Shown: positions 8,705-13,739 of the stretch, piece by piece
Layout: each line of letters begins with the position of its first letter
Position numbering within the stretch: position 1 is the stretch's first letter
NCBI GenBank assembly: GCA_016839815.1
Contig: JAEOTM010000031.1
Coordinates: 1-13,739, forward strand
Length of the DNA stretch: 13,739 nucleotides
Origin: Candidatus Hodarchaeota archaeon
Lineage (GTDB): Archaea > Asgardarchaeota > Heimdallarchaeia > Hodarchaeales > Hodarchaeaceae
Direction of reading: 5' to 3'
The notes under the pieces: generated by a model
Seen by the model: only the letters and a program-made list of their open reading frames with translations
What the model was told of the DNA's origin: nothing
Database searches by the model: none
Position numbers and translations under genes: made by a program

Positions 8705-9211
8705 TTAGGAACTCGTATGAGGAATAACTTTGGAATGAAAGAGTACACCCCACAAGAAGATTGCGACTAAACTTGGTAATAAAAATCCAATATCGTTAGG
8801 AAAGACGACTAAAAAGAATATCAGTACCAAATTGATGACAACTCCAAGTATCCAATGGTAAGGTGTGGGAGATAGCCCATTGTAGAATACAATAAATGCT
8901 AGAGTGGCAAGAGTGGAAGTCAGTATTATCAACAGGGTTAAATAATCATCTAGAACTAGAAAATCAAGAACTCCTAGACCACTTACTATAAAAAGAATAG
9001 TAATCACAACCCAAGTAATTTTTCCTATATACGACGTTAATTTCAAGGATAAACCTTTCTCTAATAACCAAGATCGCCCTGACCATCCTGTATACACGTT
9101 TTTCTCTTCATCATAAAAGTTGAAAAGAAAAATCAAATGGATTCCGCCGTGTGCCATCAGGTACAAACCCAAAAGTATTTCTTCCAATCCTGTTAACTCC
9201 AATAAATTCAT
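8705..9211 (-). CDS. Membrane protein with an intramembrane HxxxH motif
   Basis: About 5 hydrophobic segments and 'AHGGIHL...W...SWLL'. ATG 9211 follows SD GGAGTGA, and the track's GTG at 9220 lies inside that SD. It ends 30 nt before the thioesterase start, so the two are probably co-transcribed. Confidence 0.85.
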   Translation of the reverse strand: MNLLELTGLEEILLGLYLMAHGGIHLIFLFNFYDEEKNVYTGWSGRSWLLEKGLSLKLTSYIGKITWVVITILFIVSGLGVLDFLVLDDYLTLLIILTSTLATLAFIVFYNGLSPTPYHWILGVVINLVLIFFLVVFPNDIGFLLPSLVAIFLWGVLFHSKVIPHTSS

Positions 9212-9395
9212 AATGATCACTCCAATAAATTCTAATTATAGATTCGAAGATTTTCCTTATTCTCGGGGCCAAAATTCATTAGTTTAAATGCTTCGTGTAT
9301 AAACATATCACTAATCAGGTATTCGATGATCTATCATAGTTCAACTAGCAATTGATTTAAAATTTTAAGAAAACATCTAAGGAAAGTTGAGACAA

Positions 9396-10070
9396 ATGAA
9401 CTCTAAAAATCATTGGTTAAATTGGCGGGATTTTAGTGCAATAAGAGTGACTTCCTCAACATTGGGAGTACTGGTTGGATTAGCTGGTATAGAACATGGA
9501 TTCCTAGAACTTCTTCAAGGTAATGTTACACCTGAGAGTATCTGGATAGACGCTATTGGTCCTGAGCAAAGGATTTGGGAGTATGCCTCTGAAACGGCAA
9601 TCTCAGTTATTCCAAACTATTTTTGGACAGGAATTTTTGCGATGATCTTTGGGGTATTTGTCACAATTTGGGCATTAGTGTTTATAGAAAAGAAATATGG
9701 AGCAAAAATTCTGTTTCTTCTCTCAATCATCCTATGGTTGGTGGGAGGTGGTTATGGCCCAATATTTCTTGCTATCTTTGCCACAATTACTGCCACAAGA
9801 ATCAACAAACCATTAACATGGTGGGAGAGACATCTCTCTGATCGTGTACGAAAATTTCTGGTCAAATTATGGCCATGGGTAATTCCTGCACTTGTGATAA
9901 TCTTCTGGATGGGGGTAGAGATTGCCATTGTTGGGTATCCTCTACTATGGGTCTTGGATGCGGATTTGACTTATGGTGTTCAATGGATATGCGGTATAAC
10001 ATCGATTGCGTTAATGTTTGTAGCTATCCTTTCCGCTATTGCATATGACCTCCAGCAAAAGTCAACATAA
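9396..10070 (+). CDS. Membrane protein of unknown function
   Basis: About 5-6 hydrophobic segments, 'GLAGIEHGFLELLQGN' and 'LVGGGYGP...ATRINKPLTWW'. Start is ATG 9396 or TTG 9387. Confidence 0.85.
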   Translation: MNSKNHWLNWRDFSAIRVTSSTLGVLVGLAGIEHGFLELLQGNVTPESIWIDAIGPEQRIWEYASETAISVIPNYFWTGIFAMIFGVFVTIWALVFIEKKYGAKILFLLSIILWLVGGGYGPIFLAIFATITATRINKPLTWWERHLSDRVRKFLVKLWPWVIPALVIIFWMGVEIAIVGYPLLWVLDADLTYGVQWICGITSIALMFVAILSAIAYDLQQKST

Positions 10071-10136
10071 TTTCATCCAGCACAACTTCTTTTCGTGCGA
10101 GGAACTCTCTTCAAATTGCCGACAAATTTCTTAAAT

Positions 10137-10799
10137 TTAGATAATCTTTTTTAGATCTTTAGAAGTACTCCTATGAACGGATTCTAGTTTTTGATTCGTT
10201 TTTAATAGAATTTTCAGGCTTTTTTCGATTTTTTTGAGTTTTTTGTCGATCTCTTTAACCTCGGCATGGACTTTTTTATTTTGCGAATCGAATTGGTTCT
10301 GACGAGAATCTATCTGTTTGATATGAGCTTCTAGTAGTTTAAAATGTGAGGGATTATCTACTTGAGGATTAGTATTGTCTAAGTTATTTTTAGGCATTGA
10401 GATTGATGATTTTGAAGGGGGTACGGTGGGAGCAGGTGTTATTTCTTGTTCCTGACTAGGAGGATCTCGAAGGGAGTCAATTACGGGGGATAAAGATGAT
10501 ATAGTAGTTTTACTAGGGGGTGGCAGAGGAGGATTTTTCAAAGAAGGAGGTGGAGGGACTTGAGGAGGTTTAACAGGAATTTCAGGACGAAGAAGAAGAG
10601 TGGACTGAGAAGAAGTGCTGTTTAATAGATTTAGTTGATTCTTCGATGGAGGAGGTTCTTGGAATGTTTCTTGTAAATCTAAAGGTATTATAGGTTTAAT
10701 TTCATTAGGTGTACGTTCAGTATATGCTTGATCCCCTCCACAATGAGGGCAAGGAAGCGCCATTACATAATTTTTACACTCTTTACATACGGGACTCAT
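10137..10799 (-). CDS. Zn-finger / proline-rich / coiled-coil protein
   Basis: C5xxC8-x8-C17xxC20, a Pro/Ser-rich middle region and a heptad-like Lys/Glu/Leu/Ile C-terminus. Confidence 0.85.
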   Translation of the reverse strand: MSPVCKECKNYVMALPCPHCGGDQAYTERTPNEIKPIIPLDLQETFQEPPPSKNQLNLLNSTSSQSTLLLRPEIPVKPPQVPPPPSLKNPPLPPPSKTTISSLSPVIDSLRDPPSQEQEITPAPTVPPSKSSISMPKNNLDNTNPQVDNPSHFKLLEAHIKQIDSRQNQFDSQNKKVHAEVKEIDKKLKKIEKSLKILLKTNQKLESVHRSTSKDLKKII

Positions 10800-11193
10800 T
10801 TCAAGTCACAACTTTTCATACTTGATTAAGCTCTTCTATGGGTTTAATTTGAATTTTTACTTTTAATCACACAAGTTCAGTCAGAAAAAGACACAACTGC
10901 TAATATTGTGAGTTCCAAAACAGTTTTGTCGGGTTAAAAATCCCGTAATTAGGATAAAAATAACTTATCCTTCTAACGTGAACTGTCTTAGTACTAGTTG
11001 TCTCGATTGGGCTATTTAAAGGTTTCACTATCTAGAAGAGGAGTTTTAAGAAATCCCGAATCGAAATCTACAAATCTAAGCGGAAAAAGGCGACAAAACT
11101 ATTAATCATAGAAAACATAAATAGGGAAAAGTAAGAGGAGGGTTGAATCGAACTGTTGTTCCACATGTACAATATTTTACGCTTAACTTTCCA

Positions 11194-11209
11194 CCGAAAG
11201 CTTTATTAT
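11194..11209 (+). promoter_or_regulatory. BRE/TATA promoter for ORF 11260
   Basis: CCGAAAG-C-TTTATTAT, a canonical archaeal BRE+TATA arrangement about 50 nt before the ATG. Confidence 0.6.
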
Positions 11210-11259
11210 TTCTAGTAATTTTTTAAGATATCAAATTTACGAAGATTAGGGAAAGGTTA

Positions 11260-12249
11260 ATGATTGATAGACTTATTTTTGAGCTGGATTACCAATCTAA
11301 TTGGATGAAACGCCTAAATCTAGATCTAAAATTCAAGATACAATCTCAAAAAGCTAATTCTAGGAATCTTAAAGAATTCTTACCAAATCAAATAATTTCT
11401 GTTATAGAAAAGGGGGAACCTAGGTTAAAGAGGTTGAGATACCCGATACTTGTTATAGTTTGGATTTTAATAACTGGAGTATTTATTTTCAAGCTAATTG
11501 ATTTTTTTTCTCTACCACTGAATGTTTTTGTTAATGATATTGCTTCCCCGGAAAATATTAAAAACATGGGGGCAATGGGGTATACAATCTACTTTTTTAC
11601 ATTTCTGTTTGGCGTGGAGATTCTTCTTCTATATGGTATATTGATATATACCCGAAATTTCATCAAAGGTAAGACTTCCGATCACTTTTCTAAAGAGATC
11701 CTCCATCCAGACAATTTGAAGGAGTACGGTGAATTCAAAGAAGATTCTTGGTATCTCGTAAGGATTCCATTTACTTGGGATTCAATAGATCTAATAAAAT
11801 GGTTAAATGATAATATTGACAGAAATTTTTTTAGATTCTTATTTGTGACACTTGGATTTTTCCTCATCACAATCATTGGAACTTTTTCGTATCTATCTTC
11901 TTCAGAACGATTTTTCACCTTTCTGTTAACTATGGTAATTTTTCTCATTCTTTACATTATATATTTATGGTTTGAACTTATACGGGATTATGTAAAGTTA
12001 TCAATTTTGAAACGGGAGTTATTAGATCATTTTAGAACGGAAAAGAGAATACTAAGGAACAAGCTTGTTAAAGAACTCCTGAGTGATAAAATCGATTCTA
12101 ATGAGAAGGAATTTCAATTTCTTACCCTCATTGATGACAATATTAAACAATTGGAGAGTGTAAGAATCATAAGCAGTCAGGTTATCGTAGGTATCTTTTC
12201 AATCATAATTCCAGTAGTCTCAAATCTCTTACATTTCATTTATTGGTAG
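11260..12249 (+). CDS. Polytopic membrane protein of unknown function
   Basis: 329-aa ORF with about 5 hydrophobic segments and a charged helical region before the last TM segment. Confidence 0.85.
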   Translation: MIDRLIFELDYQSNWMKRLNLDLKFKIQSQKANSRNLKEFLPNQIISVIEKGEPRLKRLRYPILVIVWILITGVFIFKLIDFFSLPLNVFVNDIASPENIKNMGAMGYTIYFFTFLFGVEILLLYGILIYTRNFIKGKTSDHFSKEILHPDNLKEYGEFKEDSWYLVRIPFTWDSIDLIKWLNDNIDRNFFRFLFVTLGFFLITIIGTFSYLSSSERFFTFLLTMVIFLILYIIYLWFELIRDYVKLSILKRELLDHFRTEKRILRNKLVKELLSDKIDSNEKEFQFLTLIDDNIKQLESVRIISSQVIVGIFSIIIPVVSNLLHFIYW

Positions 12250-12286
12250 TAAGACAACTCATGACCGACATCAAACACACCTTTAA

Positions 12287-12324
12287 AATAGAATAGTATA
12301 TACTACGGTATATACCAATCTATT
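12287..12324. repeat. 38-bp imperfect palindrome (15/17 paired) in a convergent gap
   Basis: AATAGAATAGTATATAC-TACG-GTATATACCAATCTATT. Confidence 0.6.
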
Positions 12325-12360
12325 GATCTTTATTCAAGAAGTGAGGTCAAGTTTGACGTA

Positions 12361-13332
12361 CTAATCTTCTTCTAATGCTTGAATTGCTGCTGAGATGGTT
12401 GTTTGAATCTTACGGAATCTTCGTAAGAGGAACTGTTTATGGATTGAACCTTCCGTTGATACACCAGTTTTAGAGATCGCCCGAGAAATTATTTCGGTCT
12501 GATTCTGGATGATCAGAATACTCATAAAAAGGATCCAGGGTTCAAATACTGAAGGTACTTCATCTGACTCAAAGAGAAAATTCAAACGATTTTCATCAAA
12601 AGAGATCTTTGGAAATAACTCTTCCCATTGAGCTTCGCGGAAAACCGAAGGAGGCCTAGGCATGAAGCGGGAGAAAAGGAGTGGGTCAACCTTTTCACCA
12701 GTACTTGGGAGTATAAACGTAAAAATGTTTAGAATATCGAAGATGGAGTTTCTAAGATGTTGATACCCAAAATTTGTTATTCTATAGACTTTTCTATATC
12801 TAGCATCTACTTTCATTTCATTTCCAATAATAAGCCCATCATTTTCTATACTTCCGAGGACAGGGTAGATATTAGTGACACTACTCCAAATCGATGATTT
12901 TAATGAGAGATGTTCAGTCAATCCCTCCATCTTTTTGTTTAATGCAGAAAATATCTCAAGAAGAGGCTTTAAAGATTTCACTCCCTGTAGCTGGATGGTA
13001 TCACTCATCTGTGAAAGGAGGAAATTTATCATTGGAGTATCAGAACACTCCGTGCAAAATTTTTCCCAGTCTTTCTGAAATTTTTGTAAATCAGATTCAT
13101 TCTCAGTCTTATCAGCTGGATATTCCGTAATCAAACGAGATATTCCTTTTCTAACCTCATTATAGTCTTTTAATTGTTGAATTTGATGGGGAAAGATGAC
13201 CTCTTTGATATCTTCAAATAGTTCATATGCATGGCTCCCTTCTTCTTTCTTTGCAAGTTGAATAAGAATTGCTAGTTCCCCTAACTCTCGAATAAACTTG
13301 GTTCTGCGTTTTATAGGGTGTGAATCACTCAT
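12361..13332 (-). CDS. PadR-like winged-helix transcriptional regulator with a large internal insertion
   Basis: 'ELAILIQLA...SHAYELFEDI' (helices 1-2) and 'IYPVLGSIENDGLI...RYRKVYRITNFG' (recognition helix and wing) are PadR signatures, separated by about 100 extra residues. Confidence 0.8.
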   Translation of the reverse strand: MSDSHPIKRRTKFIRELGELAILIQLAKKEEGSHAYELFEDIKEVIFPHQIQQLKDYNEVRKGISRLITEYPADKTENESDLQKFQKDWEKFCTECSDTPMINFLLSQMSDTIQLQGVKSLKPLLEIFSALNKKMEGLTEHLSLKSSIWSSVTNIYPVLGSIENDGLIIGNEMKVDARYRKVYRITNFGYQHLRNSIFDILNIFTFILPSTGEKVDPLLFSRFMPRPPSVFREAQWEELFPKISFDENRLNFLFESDEVPSVFEPWILFMSILIIQNQTEIISRAISKTGVSTEGSIHKQFLLRRFRKIQTTISAAIQALEED

Positions 13333-13355
13333 ACTTGATCACTAATCGTCATTGC

Positions 13356-13439
13356 TGTTTGGATTACCGTTATGTACGAATGGTATCCAAACATTTATAA
13401 TATTATCTAAACTTCAATATTATTGAATCAATAATATTA
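13356..13439. promoter_or_regulatory. Divergent promoter/operator region between the PadR-like gene and the ABC permease
   Basis: Central TTTATAAT (13394-13401, TATA-like on both strands), an inverted repeat at 13356-13393 and a perfect 11-1-11 palindrome at 13416-13438. Confidence 0.6.
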
Positions 13440-13464
13440 CGAAAATGAAAATGAATGAAAAATA

Positions 13465-13739
13465 ATGAAATCAATAACACGAATAATCAAATTTGCCTTA
13501 AAAAATACTTTTCGGAGGAAAGGGATTGCTTTACTGGCAATATTCGGTATAGGAATCGGGATTACCTTACAGATAACATTAGATTCTTTTAGTAATGGAA
13601 TCTCAGAAAGTTTTGATGATTTTTTCGGGGATATGGCGGGTAATTTGGATATCGTTGAAACAAACAAGCAGACTTTCCAAGGCCAAATTCCTCTAACGAT
13701 AACAAACGATATTCTTAGTAATAATGACCTAAGTGAGCA
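13465..13739 (+). CDS. ABC transporter permease, MacB/FtsX family (N-terminal part; runs off the right edge)
   Basis: Manual translation gives MKSITRIIKFALKNTFRRKGIALLAIFGIGIGITLQITLDSFSNGISESFDDFFGDMAGNLDIV..., the classic 'A.KN..R.K....L...GI.IG' N-terminus. The frame is open to the window end. Confidence 0.88.
   Translation, partial: MKSITRIIKFALKNTFRRKGIALLAIFGIGIGITLQITLDSFSNGISESFDDFFGDMAGNLDIVETNKQTFQGQIPLTITNDILSNNDLSE

Noticed and set aside
9326-9368. Short palindromes ATGAT-CT-ATCAT, TAGTT-C-AACTA and TTAAAATTTTAA
   Set aside because: Short, AT-rich and mutually unrelated; expected by chance.
9623-9841. Alternative-frame ORF inside the membrane protein gene
   Set aside because: Fully nested; its Cys/His content is a frame by-product.
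11682-13130. ORFs 11682..11948 (-), 12875..13078 (+) and 12894..13130 (+)
   Set aside because: Antisense shadows of longer genes.
12892-13191. Intein or intron explanation for the PadR insertion
   Set aside because: No intein splice-junction residues, the frame is continuous, and no bulge-helix-bulge was noticed.
13437-13667. Track ORF 13437..13667 (-)
   Set aside because: Antisense to the clearly recognisable MacB/FtsX permease N-terminus.
1-13739. CRISPR array, tRNA/rRNA, transposase or integrase genes
   Set aside because: No repeat-spacer periodicity, cloverleaf or rRNA signatures, or DDE/tyrosine-recombinase ORFs were seen.

Overview
AT-rich, gene-dense archaeal DNA. This is inferred from BRE/TATA-type promoters, GGAG/GGTG(A) ribosome-binding sites, oligo-T terminators and an HdrC-like gene. 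An Asgard-like origin is plausible but cannot be proven from this window. Left to right: the N-terminus of a probable DUF362-type protein running off the left edge (missed by the ORF track), a polytopic membrane protein, a Zn-ribbon protein, an AmmeMemoRadiSam radical SAM enzyme, a GYD-domain protein, an unknown ORF, thrB-thrC, a short stand-alone HdrC-like ferredoxin, a TesB-like thioesterase, two divergent His-containing membrane proteins, a Zn-finger/polyproline/coiled-coil protein, another membrane protein, an unusual PadR-like regulator and, divergently, the start of a MacB/FtsX-type ABC permease (also missed by the track). No rRNA, tRNA, CRISPR array or transposase was seen. The most notable items are: a PadR winged helix split by a ~100-aa CxxC-containing insertion, facing a periodic palindromic operator region; the polyproline adaptor-like protein; a ~180-nt structured intergenic element closed by a 10-bp inverted repeat; and a 38-bp near-palindrome with a C(UACG)G loop between convergent genes.
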